Below are positions 23,959 through 36,200 of a stretch of 64,000 nucleotides of DNA, one piece after another. Source of the DNA: Takakia lepidozioides (taxonomy: Eukaryota > Plantae > Bryophyta); the NCBI GenBank assembly GCA_030704615.1, contig CM060733.1, forward strand, positions 66,340,001-66,404,000. The letters run 5' to 3'. The notes beneath the pieces are model-generated. The model did not search any database, was not told where the DNA came from, and saw only the letters and a list, made by a program, of their open reading frames with translations. The number at the start of each line of letters is the position of its first letter. Positions within the stretch are counted from its first letter, which is position 1. The translations under genes were made by a program, and so were the position numbers.

Positions 23959-24822
23959 CGGTGCCGCATTTCTTGGCGGTGCCGCATTTCCATTTTGGAG
24001 ATGGACATTTTTCCAACTGCAGACGCATTTCCAGAACGGACATCGTTGTTTGTCCAATTCCAGACCCGTGTGGGCATTCCGCCTTGCTGGACGGAAATGC
24101 GGCACCGCATTCTATTGTCCAATACAAAATTTTGAGGACGGACATGGAAATGCGGTGCCGCATTTCCAGAACGGACATCGTTGTTTGTCCAATTCCAGAC
24201 CCTTGGACGGAAATGCGGCACCGCATTCCATTGTCCAATAAGAACTTTCGATTGCCAAACATGGAAATGCGGCACCGCATTTCCAAGGCCCACATCGTTG
24301 TTTGTCCAATTCTAGACCCGTGTGGGTATTCCGTCTAGCAGGACGGACATGCGGCACCGCATTCCATTGTCCAATACGAAATTTTGATGACGGATATGGA
24401 AATGCGGTGCTGCATTTTCAGAACGGACATCGTTGTTTGTCCAATTCCAGACCCTTCGACGGAAATACGGCACCGCATTCCATTGTGCTGGACGGAAATG
24501 CGGTGCCACATTCCATTGTCCAGTACGAAATTTCGATGACGGACATGGAAATGCGGTGCCACATTCCATTGTCCAGTACGAAATTTCGATGACGGACATG
24601 GAAATGCGGTGCCGCATTTCCAGAATGGACATGGACAAGCATTGGCGATTGGACATGCTTGGACAATTCAAGGTCCAATATGGAAATGCGGTGCCGCATT
24701 TCCAATTCGAAGTATGGTAATGCCATGTCAAGAAATGAAATGCGTTACAGCATTTCCGTTACGACCACAACGGAGGAAAGGGAGCTGCATGGAGAAAAAT
24801 GAAATGCGGTGCCGCATTTCCG
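23958..24822. repeat. Palindrome array type B (GGAAATGCGGTGCCGCATTTCC / GGAAATGCGGCACCGCATTCC), ~14 copies in ~53-135-bp units
   Basis: Repeated with spacers ggacatcgttgtttgtccaattccagaccc and attgtccaatacgaaatttt; single copies also at ~19471, 19567 (perfect CG-centred form), 23169 and 25958. Confidence 0.92.
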
Positions 24823-25096
24823 AGCTTCAGCATGTACATGTTTCCTTTTACTCATACATGGATTTCCTTCACCTCAAGACTCTGATATTGTTGACTCTGG
24901 TATATTCATATGGACAGATACATTGTAGAAATGAGACCACAAATTGTAAACAATGGGCCAATTACTGCAGTTCTTGAATACAATGAAACACAGCACACAG
25001 AAGTGAGGGACGATGGGTTGTTTTATTGATCAAACACGGGGTCTCACATTTAGCAACTCCAGACAAATCTAAGCATTTCTGCCTTCTACATGGGCG

Positions 25097-25690
25097 TCAC
25101 CAAGTCGACGGAACTTTGATAGCCCTCAAAACAAGCTCATTACTGATGCGGCACCTCGAGGTAAACTGCAACGCGGTCTTTTTGGTGCCCTTGGTGGAGC
25201 TGACCACAATGTCATGCCCATCAATGATACCACCATCATACATTGACAAGGTCACTGTGGGCCTCATGTACCCGTGCGATTCGTCTTCGCATCTCATCGA
25301 ATGTCTCCATACAGTGGAAGAGTGGAGTGAACTCCACGAATATAGTTTTCCCCGGTGCCGTCCTCCCTGGTCCACTGGCAGCAGTTCCAGCGCCAAAGCG
25401 AGGCCGTTTGTGATCTGTCCGGCATCCCATTCTAGCTTGGTATATTGAGGTCAACAATTTTCAGGACCCACGGACCGCATTGACCCTCACCCTCACCTCG
25501 CTCAAAGCGGTAATAGCCCTCCAAATACTCCATTGCGCGCAAAGACTCCTGCTTGATTCCAGAAGCGTCAGTGAAAACAGAGAGCCAGACAATGATGTCT
25601 CCTGATTTTGGCTTGAACATAGCATAATCGTGGCCATGATAAGGGCAGTCAGCAGGATTTTGGCGGCACGGCATCCTTGAAAAAGATTAG
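25097..25690 (-). pseudogene. Unknown ~190-aa protein family X, copy 1
   Basis: MPCRQN...YAMF...SGDIIVW...FERG...W.LKIVD.N.PS*...RWNCCQWT...PLYGDI...LSMYDGG.I.GHDIVV...QFT...ELVLRA; homologous to 31320-31895; one stop and one frameshift. Confidence 0.75.
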
Positions 25691-26511
25691 CGGAGTACGC
25701 TCAATGACAACAGCTCCCGGATGGAGGAGGCAGCAGCGCGGTGGCTGGAAGAAGTTCAAGCAAATGGTGCAATTCCTCACAAACACTCCAGGGCACATTT
25801 AAATTTCCCCCCTACAGGAACCTGCACGGATGAAGATTGGTTGCTCCATGAATGTAGCCGTTTCAGTTTCCTTCCCTGCCATGCAAACTATGGGCAGTAA
25901 GTGCCAGGTGGGCCTATAGCCACCCGAGACGTCGAAGTCCATCCCCCCTTTGATATAAATGCGGCGCCGAATTTCCATCCGGAGGATGGACTTCGGTGGC
26001 AGATTTCAAACTATACCCTGTGGATGAGAAAGAGGTATCGGTTCATCCACCGCTGGCGTGATGAACACGTTACACGATGATTGGTGGGTATGTGGGACCC
26101 AGATGCTCCATTATTGGAGCCCGCACTGCTCTTCCGCTTCTCATCATTTCGAAAATCTAAGGGCTTCGTTGTTGTCCGCAAGGTCATTGTCATCGGCATC
26201 AAAGACGTCCTCAGGTCCTCCTTTCACTACAACAGATTGCGGCTTTTACGACTCCCATGGGTGCGCAGTCATGACAGATTTGTGGCAGAAATGCCATTTG
26301 CAGTCGTAAAATGCTTTTGAAGTCATAATGCAAGTCTGGGGAAGGCGTATGTGCGACTGCATGGCTCCGGACTCTGCGGAACACAGGTCAAACATGTTTG
26401 ACCACGAATATTGGCATGGCAGATATGACTACCAGTCACGGTCATGGCTACACTAGAATGACGTGTGTATATTGCTAGAAAGACATATGACTTCATGACT
26501 CTCACTCTAAT

Positions 26512-26792
26512 GCAGCTTTAAAGGTATATGTTGTGATGCAGTAACAACAACACCAATTGAGGGGGAAACAAACAGTTACACACCACATTTCTATGAGGAA
26601 AGAGAGGGAGAAATAGAAATCCTAGAGGAACCAGCCACTGCGAGTTTATAGGATGAAGTAGTGGCTGGATGGACAATCACAGCTGAAGAGCAGGTGAGAG
26701 AAGTGAATGTGGGAACTGAGGAGGAACCAAGAATGGTGAAAGTTGGGGCTGACTTGGAGCCAGAATTCTTTGAGGAAGCTAAGAGCTTGTTT
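26512..26792 (+). mobile_element. Isolated Ty3/gypsy pol fragment (PR-RT linker)
   Basis: Closely matches 54396-54677 at nucleotide level. Confidence 0.9.
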
Positions 26793-26877
26793 ATATTTTG
26801 AAAAAACGGAGACTCTGACCACTAGAATCAATTTTTTTTAAAAACAAAATGCAATTTTTTTTATAAAAAAAACACAT

Positions 26878-27082
26878 CGGCTGGTAAGTGCACAGTGTGC
26901 CGCCCTGGTGGTTTGGGGTTCAAACCCGCTGCCTTATCCCGTGTGTGGGATTGTTCGTGACAGTATGTCTGGGCGTTGATCGTCCTGTACGTCTTATGGC
27001 CCATAAATGAAGGCGGGTGAATTTTCCCCCCTCCTCAAGGACCTGTGGTTTCCTTTAAGAAAAGAAAAAAAAGAAAAAAAAT
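26878..27082 (+). mobile_element. Possible tRNA-derived SINE
   Basis: B-box-like GGTTCAAACCC at ~26917, weak A-box-like GGCTGGTAAG upstream, ~150-bp body, A-rich tail 27058-27082, A-rich left flank. Confidence 0.4.
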
Positions 27083-27299
27083 CAAAGAGGGGCTTTTAGG
27101 GTTTACAAAAAGGTTAAAAAACTTAAAAAGTTGCCCATCACGGTAGCGTGGACAGACTTAGAGCGAGCGGAAGGGAGAGAGAGAGAGGGTTGGGACTTAG
27201 AGCGAGCGAGCGGGAGAGAGGGCAAACATGCATGGGAGGCCCGCAGTTGGATCAACCTTCGCATTTGGAGCAAACAACCCTAGAAACGCTACGGTATGT

Positions 27300-30200
27300 G
27301 TGCGAGGAGGTTTCGGCTGGGAGCCCGCCGTTCTTGGGAGAGTCATCTTCGTCTTAGCAGGCCGTGTTTCAATCTCTACCCGCTCGGCCCTGATTTTACA
27401 GCACGGAGCAGAGCTGGCATGAGTTTCTAAAAGATCCTTCACGATGGTGGGACAACCGCAATCGCAAGGTGTGGCTTTTTCTTAATGTACGATGTGAAGA
27501 AGTTTGTCCATCCTGCAAATCTGGGTTGTTGGCTCCTGTTAGTACCATGATTTGGTATTCTTCCTGATGTTTACAAGGTTCTTGGGAGAGTTAGCTTGGT
27601 CTTAGCAGGCCGTGTTTCAATCTCTGCCCACTCAGCTGCACCGTGGTGGTTCTCACTGACCAATCCGACATTACCTGACTACAAAAACAAGCAGCACACT
27701 AAAGAGGTCCTCTTGGGTTCATGGTCAGTCAAATCCTCCATGGGCCATGACACAAGGTCGAGGACAATGTGGTGAGGGCACCTTCTTCTTCGACCTATTT
27801 CAGCCTGTTTTGCCCTCTCATCAGACTCAGCCCTTCATTTGCAGCACGGAACAGAGTTGGCATGAGATTTTTAAAGATCCTTCACGATGGTGCGACAACC
27901 GCAATGGCAAGGTGTGGCTTTTCCTTAATGTACGATGTGAAGAAGTTTGTCCATCCTGCAAATGTGGGCTGTTGGCTCCTGTTAGTACCATGATTTGGTA
28001 CTCTTCCTGATGTTTCAAGGTTCTTGGGAGAGTCAGCTTGGTCTTAGCAGGCCGTGTTTCAATCTCTGCCTGCTCATCTGCACCGTGCTGGTTCTCACAG
28101 ACCAATCCGACATTACCTGACTACAAGACACAAGCATCACACACAAGAGGTCCTTTTGGGTTGATGGTCGGTCAAATCCTCTATGGGTTCTTCTTCGACC
28201 TATTTCAGCCTGTTTTTCCCTCTCATCAGACTCGGCCTTGAGATGCATATTGAATTATGTAAGTTAGCTCGTTGCTCATTGATAAGTAGGGTTGGGGGTG
28301 TTTGCTGGAATGATTGTTGTATGCATGATTTTGTGCAGAGGCATAGATAGCTGAAGGAGCAGGGATAGAGTGTGGAAGAGGGCCAGATTTCAAGCTCCAA
28401 ATTATCTATGATTCCCTGTGGAAGGATAGATACAAGAAACCTGCATGGGTAGATGGTCAATTGGAAGCCGCAGCAGCAGCAGCACAATTGATACAATCAA
28501 GCACTGCTAATGAAAGCACCTTCTGAAACACATTTCACCCTATTTTCCCCTCTTATCAGAATCGGCCCTAAATTTTCATGTTCAATTCTGCAAGTTAGCT
28601 GGTTGAGTGAATCTAGTTGGAGTGACTTTGACATGATACTGCCAATGTGACAAGAGTATGCATTGAACCCATTGGTAGCGGGATATTGGGATATCTCTTG
28701 GCCATGTGCCATCGTCAAAGCTGAAACTGTACTAGTTGTCATTCTGACCACTGCCCTAGTGGACATGTATGCCAAATGTGGGTGCAGCAAGCCTGATGCA
28801 AAGGGAGAGTTCGACAACATGGCTAAATGAGATGTGGTGTTGTGGACTGCCATGATTGTAAGGTGTGTGTAGCATAGGTGTGGGAGTAAGGCTTTGGAAA
28901 CCTAAGAACAAATGATGTGGGAAAGGATGAAGCCAAACCAGGTCATGTTCATTTGTGTTTGTTAATATGCATATGCGAGCCTAGCAGCCCTGGGAAGGGG
29001 CCAAGAGGTTCATGGTGACATCATCAAAGCTGGAATTGTACCTGATGTCATTCTGAACATTCCCTTGGTGTACATGTATGTCAAATGTGAGCCTGGTAGC
29101 CCTGGAAAGGACGCAAAGGTCCATTATCAAATCTGGAATTGTACCACTAGATGTCACTCTAAACACTGCCTTGGTGGATATGTATGTCAAATGCACGCCT
29201 GGCAGCCCTGAAAAAGGGTACAGAGGTCCACGGAGATATTGTCAAAGCTGGTATTGTATTTGATGTGATTCTGAACGTTGCCGTAGTGGACATGTATGCC
29301 AAGGTTGCAGGGTGCAACTACAAGGATACATGGTTGTTTTGATAATATGGCTGAATGAGATGTGGTACCAGCCTAGCCCATAATTGCACTTACCTAGAGT
29401 AGGCAATGAGTGAAGACGGGGTTTGTGATGTTGATCGTCCAAGCTGGAATTAAACAAATGTTGTTCTGAACTATGCCCTTGTGGACTTGTATGCCAAATT
29501 GGGGTGCATGGAGGATGATGATCCCAGGATATGCACAACAGCGGCACAGGATGGAGGCCCTTTGGAGAGGTCTATGAGCAAGTGGTGTGGGAAGGGATAC
29601 TGCAGCGCAACCACATCGCGTTTATTACATTTGCAACATGTGTGCAAGCCTGGCAGCCCTGCAAAATAGCAAAGAGGTTCGTGGTGGAATTGTACTAGAT
29701 GTCGATCTGAACTTTGACATGATGCCAATGTGACAACAGGAAAGTATCCAGAAACAGGTCACAGAGACGAGGAGAAGTTGTGGAATGGTGGGACAACCGA
29801 GGGAAAAAGGTTAATGCCTGTTAGATTATAGAGGGCAGACGCAATTCAGCATAGGAACTAGTGTGATAAGCTGAGTTGGGTGTTTCCTAGAACAAATGTA
29901 GGCTGTCATTATCAGCTGCAAGGCAAGGAGGTATGCATGATTTGTGCAGAAGCAGTGATAGCTGAAAGAGCAGGGATAGAGTATGGGTCCAGATTCATCC
30001 AAGAGGGCCAGATTTCAAGCACATGATTACCTATGATTACCTGTGGATTTAGCTATAAGAAACCTGCATGGGTAGATGGTGAACTGGAAGCCGCAGGAGT
30101 AGCGGCACAATTGATAAAATCAAGCACTGCTAATAAAGGCACCTTCTTCAACACATTTCACCCTGTTTTTCCCTCTTATCAGAACCGGCCCTAAATTTCA

Positions 30201-30740
30201 ATGTCTGCAAGTTAGCTGGTTGAGTGAATCTAGTTTGGAGTGACTTTGACATGATATTGCCAATGTGACAATAGGAAAGTATCGAAAAACAGTTAACGGA
30301 GATGAGGGGAAGCTGTGGAATGAATACTTTTCTGACCCCAGTCAATGGTGGGACAACCGAGGCAAAAAGGTAAATGCCTGTTGGATTACAGAGAGTAACA
30401 GATGCAATTGAGAATATGAACTAGTGTGGTAAGTTGAGTTGGGTGTTTGCTGGAACAAATGTAGGCTGTCATTGTTAGCTGCTAACAGCAATGCAAGGAT
30501 ATATGCATGATCTATGCAGAGGCATGGATAGCTGAAGGAGCAGGGATAGAGTGTGGGTCCAGATCATCCAAGAAAGCCGGATTTCAAGCTCCAGATTACC
30601 GATGATTCCCTGTGGAAGGATAGCTACAAGAAACCTGCATGGGTAGATGGTAGATAGTTTGGAGTGACTTTGATATGATACTGCCAAAGTGACAATAAAA
30701 AAGTATCCATAAACAGGTAACAGTAGCAGATGCAATTCAG
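27300..30740 (+). pseudogene. Internally duplicated pseudogene combining OSB-type PDF motifs with PLS PPR motifs
   Basis: SWHEFLKDPSRWWDNRNRK (27410, 27855) and KLWNEYFSDPSQWWDNRGKK (30310), each followed by a GT donor; HPR.PDFK..IT...LW..SYKKPAWVDG exons (28380, 29995, 30565); PPR motifs ALVDMYAKCG/GKEVHGDI at 28700-29700; GA repeats and AAACCCTA upstream. Confidence 0.75.
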
Positions 30741-31319
30741 CACAAGCACTAAGGCAAACTCTCCTTCCCCGTAAGGGTGTGTTTTGGTATCTGAGCGAAT
30801 AAATATTTTATCTAAGAATATAATTTCAAAAATTCGTTATTTAATAATGTGCCATTGTCCCATGTTGGTCAGTAATAATAATTATAATAACAAATAATTA
30901 TAATAATTATTTTAGTAATTATAATAACAATAAAGTAAATCTACAACCCCCAACAGCGACGCGTGTCAATTGACATGATGAACCACGTGTCAAAATCACG
31001 ATGCGACACATGCTGACGTCTGATTCCCTCCTCTGCAATCGGATGGCGTCGCAGTCTGACACGTGGCGTGTTCTGTAGAGAGCACGTGTCTCTATTACAC
31101 AGCGGCTGACATGGACCCATTCAGTCATTCAGTAACGCCAGCGTGTATGACTACCCCCACAGCTGCTCTGGCGCCACGTGACAGCCAGCCTGGAGAGTCA
31201 TATCTGCCATGTCACAACTGACTAGGTCTTTACGTCTGCAGAGTCAGGAAGTCGTAAATGGCTTCCATGACTGCATTTGCAGTCATAACACAGAGACGTA
31301 AAAGCCGCAATTTGTTGTA

Positions 31320-31895
31320 GTGTTTGCAAGGATGCCGTGCTTCCAAAACCGGGACGACTACCCTTATGGAGGCTTCAATTATGCAATGTATTCGGCCACA
31401 TCGGGAGACATCATTATTTGGTACACAGTTTACACAGAAGATACTGGTTCGAATGTGGAAACATTGTCCGCTTTTGAGTATATCCCAGGCCACCACGCCT
31501 TTGAGCGAGGTGACGATCTTGGTCTGAGGAGTGCGTGGCTCCTGCGCATCCTTGATTCCAATTTTCCCAGCTACGACGGACACCCATGCAGAAGAATGCG
31601 CACTGCTATGCTGTTGCGGTGGAACTGCTGCCAGTGGACGTGAGTGGACTCCATTGGAGAGACGTATACTCCTGAAGGAGTGCGCTCCTCTTCTCCATTG
31701 TATGGGGACATTCACATTGGTGTGGACAACGAAAATGTGAAGCTTTCTATATTCGATGGTGGTATGATTGAAGGGCACGACATAGTGGTGAACATCAACA
31801 AGGGCGGTACAACGGCTGCAATCCAGTTTACCTGGAGGAGCCCGATGACTCATGAGCTAGTTTTCAGAGCAGTCGATGTCCCATTGACAACGTGA
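31320..31895 (+). pseudogene. Unknown ~190-aa protein family X, copy 2 (single in-frame stop)
   Basis: ORFs 31320-31643 and 31644-31895 share a frame, separated only by TGA where copy 1 has Arg. Confidence 0.78.
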
Positions 31896-32219
31896 CTTGT
31901 ATTCAGAAGGCACATGGCTAAAGATTTGTTTGCACAATCAGCTCAGTAAACGTGCTTCAAATGCAATTCAATAAAAACCCCATTGTGCCCTCTTTTTGTT
32001 CTATTCTGTATCCATCGTTCCCATAATGCATCATTCCTCATTTCATTTGGGATTGGGAGTGTGGGTGGATTTTGCAAGTGGCTGGTAGGCTGAAATGGGC
32101 CCTCATTCTACAGAGTAGTACCACCCTACCATTCGCGAAACATTGCCTTTCAATTGGTAATTCTAAAAAACATTGCCGAACCTCGTTCATCGGGAGGTCC
32201 TTCTCCCCCTATGACCGTG

Positions 32220-32349
32220 ACACCCTCAACCCTATTCCCGCGGACACTCATTTCTGGAAAATAGTCCTGCTCATGTTTTTTTTGACACTTACGACTCTGC
32301 TCATGGCTCATGCCGCTCATGGCTCATGGCTCATGAAATAGCAGCCCCC
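32220..32349. mobile_element. Right terminal inverted repeat of a MULE-like element
   Basis: gctcatg heptamer repeats ending tcatgaaatagcagccccc; inverted partner of 19001-19130. Confidence 0.72.
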
Positions 32350-33205
32350 GGTATGGGATGGAACTGAAGGTAACACCCAATGATCCTCAGACTTGGAATA
32401 AGTCTGAAACCGCATCTGCATCTTTTGCTGCTCAATGTGATAGCGTGAAATGAAACAAACAGCATAGTATAGTCCACAACCCATGACCAAACTAGGTACC
32501 TCTCTGGTCTTGGTGTAGATGTACCCATGAACAATCTGGAAGGCAATTAATTCCTTCAGATGGTACCTGCCTCAGACCAGTACCGTGCAAAATGGTGATC
32601 CTCAATGGGTCGGTCATTCGGAAGAACCTTAGTCCGAGTTGCTACTGGTAACCAAATGCGCATGATCTGGTAATAGTGTGCCAAAGACTCTGGAGGACTG
32701 AATTCTTTCCAAGCCAAATCCATAACAATGGGAATTTGGTTGAAGGGCATAATCATAGCCCGATTGTACTCAAGTGCAGCAAGAGTAGTAGGTGGGTTAA
32801 AAGAAACATCCCCCCAAATCTCAGATTGCTGCAGTGCCATAGTATCAACAGTGTCGACCTGATGTGGTTGCTGTGATATTGGCGCACTGTCCCTCCTGAT
32901 GTTGGCAAGTCCTGCACCTCCTGTGATGAAGATTGGATCCGCCTAATTTTCCACCGCCAAATGTATTTAGTATCAATGTGCGCGTCATCGACAAACATCA
33001 TTTTGTAAGATTTTTAGCTGCAGAATTTAGAGTATAATTCATGAACTTTGTCATGAGTTCAAACGTCCCTTTTGTATTACCAATAGTCACATACGGGATG
33101 GTTTGGGATTGCATTATTTACATACTGTATTAGGATAAGAGAATAGAGATAGTATACATTAATTTTAGAAGACAAACACCACGAAGGAAGAAGTAGTGGA
33201 GCAAG

Positions 33206-36200
33206 ATGGCGGACAATGAAGAAATGGTGGACAACGCACACACTACTCATCAAGCCAATGATCAGACGGTGTGGATAATGGAGCGCTTACACGAATTGCA
33301 GAATGTTCTTGTCACGACCCAACAACAAAACAATGTGTTGATGGAGGAGCTTAAACAAGTGAGACAATCAACCGCCCCGGGACTGGTTGCTGATGGGTCG
33401 GATACGTTACTGCAAAAGATGACCAAGACGTGCAAGGTCGAGCCGTAGAAAAGAAGTCGCACCATGGGAGTGCTAGAAGGATGGATTTATCGAATGGAGG
33501 TACATCTGTCATATTTCCCTACATCAACCGATTTGGACCACGGAATGTTCATACGATCTTTTCTACTCGACAATGCTTCAACATGGTTACAGACATGGGA
33601 GAGAAGACAGATTGCAAAATGAGAACCTTTATAATGGAACACTTTGAAAGCGGGACTGCTTCAACAATTCAAGGCAGTAGATGCTGTTACAACTGCTCGA
33701 ATGAAATTATGGAATTTGAAACAACGCGGGAGTGTGCAAAATTACATTGAAGATTTTTTGAATCTTCAGGTCCATATCGAAGACATGAGTCATGCAGAAG
33801 TTTTAGACAATTTCAAAAAATGATTGAAGAAGAAAATTCAAGGAGAGGTAATTTTACGCAACCCGGTTGATGTCCACAAAGCGATTTCATTGGCCCAAAA
33901 GATTGAAGGGACGCTACCAAGATACAATGAAGGTATACACGTTCTATTGAACCAATACGAACCAACGCCTATGGAGCTTGGAAATCTTCGAAGACGAGAT
34001 AACTTCCAATACTTTCAAATAAATAGGCTGGGAATCAGATATGAGGAAGATAACACACAACGGCGAATAAAATTGAATGACAAGGATGTGACCTCCTCAA
34101 CATTCTCACGAACAGAAAGACAAAGGGAAACTAGACAATGTTACAACTGTGGAAAATACGGACATCTTGCGGCCAACTGCCGAAGTGGAAGGTACAATCG
34201 TCAAACTTATCGAAGACCTCTTAACAGTTTAAGGAAAGGAGAAGATAACGAACATCACAATGAGCAGGAAAACGAGAACAACTAGTAAGTAGATCTCGCG
34301 GTCTTACTGGTTCTACAAAGAAGAGGAAAGGCGAAGGGCCCTACAAGGAGAAGAGACAAATCCATCATGTGGGCAAGAAAGAGACGCAGTTAATTGTGGC
34401 AGATGAAACCTTGGAAGATATTCATGTGAGAGTGTTGATAAACCCTGGGGCAACAGAAAATTTCTTATTTAGAAATGCTGCCTTGAAACTAGGACTCCCC
34501 TTAGAAAAGGATGAAAGAGAGGAAGTAGAAATGCCAAATGGACATACAGAGGCTATTGAGACACTATCTAAAAACATAGAGTTGTCGATCGGTAAATATA
34601 GAGAAACCTGCCTTGGATGGAATCTCACAACCCTGATGTTGATTGGCGTCGAAAGATAGTCAAAACCTAGAATTAGAAAATATGGGGAGATCGAGTGAGG
34701 ACACCATGTCAAAACCTACCATCATTTGTTAAATGTACTACAGCTATATGTAAGAAAGACGTATTATATGTAGGTTTAATAAGAGACGTGGAAAATCCAA
34801 AAAAAAACATGAGTGAGGTCCCTATAGAATTACAGAATGTATTGAAAGAGTTCAAAAATGTTTTTCCAGATGACCTACCAGCACGGCTTTCGCCAAAGAG
34901 AAGAGTAGATCATAAGATTGAGGTTATTCCAAGTAGTACTCCTTCTTGTAAAGTCCCTTATCGATTAGCACCAAACGAGTTGGAAGAATGTAAGGCTCAA
35001 GTCGAGGACCTACTATCAAAAGGCTTTATAAGACCAAGTGTATCCCCGTATGGAGCGCCGGTGTTGTTTGTAAAGAAAAAAAATGAAGCAATGCGCATGT
35101 GCATTGATTATCGAGCACTCAACCAGCAGACAGTGAAGAACAAGTACCCGTTATCACGCATGGACGATCTATTTGACCAACTGCGAGGAACAAAATACTT
35201 TACGAAGCTTGATTTGAGGAGTGGATACAACCAAATTTGAGTCGCTGATGAAAATGTATATAAGACCGCTTTCCGCAAAAGGTATGGACATTTTGAATAC
35301 ATGGTTATGCCATTTGGTCTCACCAATGCCCCAGCCACATTCATGGGCCTCATGAATTGTATCTTCCGCCCATTCTTAGATAGATTTGGGATAGTCTTTT
35401 TAGATGATATTTTGATATATAGTAACAGCCTTGTCGAGCATAGAAACCACCTCAAACAAGTATTACAAGTTCTCCGTGAGAATCAGCTATATGCCAAAGC
35501 ATCTAAATGTAAGTTTGGAAAACAAGAAGTAGATTATCTTGGGCATCGTGTGAGTAGAAAGGGAATTGAGGTAATGAGTGAGAAAATAGAAGCTATTCAG
35601 TAGTGGATAGCCCCTCAAGACATTACCCAATTAAGGAGTTTTCTTGGCCTTGCCGGATTCTGTAGACGATTTGTACGGACATTCTCAAAGATTGCCCAAC
35701 CATTGACAAATCTTTTGGGCAAAGGAATTAGAGGGAAGTGAGGTACAGAAGAGGAGTTAGCATTTCAGGCCTTGAAGGATGCGTTGCTTCATGCCCCGAT
35801 CTTGAAATAGTATGATCCGATAAGACTAATCTCTCGGTAGATGCGTCAGGCTCAGCAGTGGGTGGGGTGTTACAACAAGAATGAGAATATGGATGGCACC
35901 CAGTGACATATTTTTCTCGCAAATTGTTACCTGCGGAACAAAATTACCATACAACCGAACGAGAAGAATTGGCTATTGTTTTGGCTACAAAACATTGGAA
36001 GCACTATCTTGGAGACAAAGAGTTCATAGTGGAGACAGACCATAAACCGTTTGTGTACTTGGAGACACAAAAAGATCTATCGAAGAGACAGATTCGTTGG
36101 GCGGAGTGGCGATAACAATTTAACATGAAGATCGTCTATGTGGAGGGAAAACAGCAATTGGTGGATGCAATGACAAGGATGACGCACATGAACACATTGA

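Noticed and set aside
23958-24822. CRISPR array, or protein-coding repeat ORFs (MEMRCRIS, GNAAPHF, WKCGAAFP)
   Set aside because: Spacers repeat. The ORFs on both strands are artefacts of stop-poor palindromic repeats; the same applies to the MEIRRRIS ORFs at 9.6-10.6, 14.4-15.0 and 61.8-62.9 kb.
19001-32349. A single intact 13.3-kb element with TSD
   Set aside because: The TIRs pair only imperfectly, the flanks (gccgtaagt / ggtatggga) are not duplicated, and the interior contains unrelated fragments. The ends may come from different copies.
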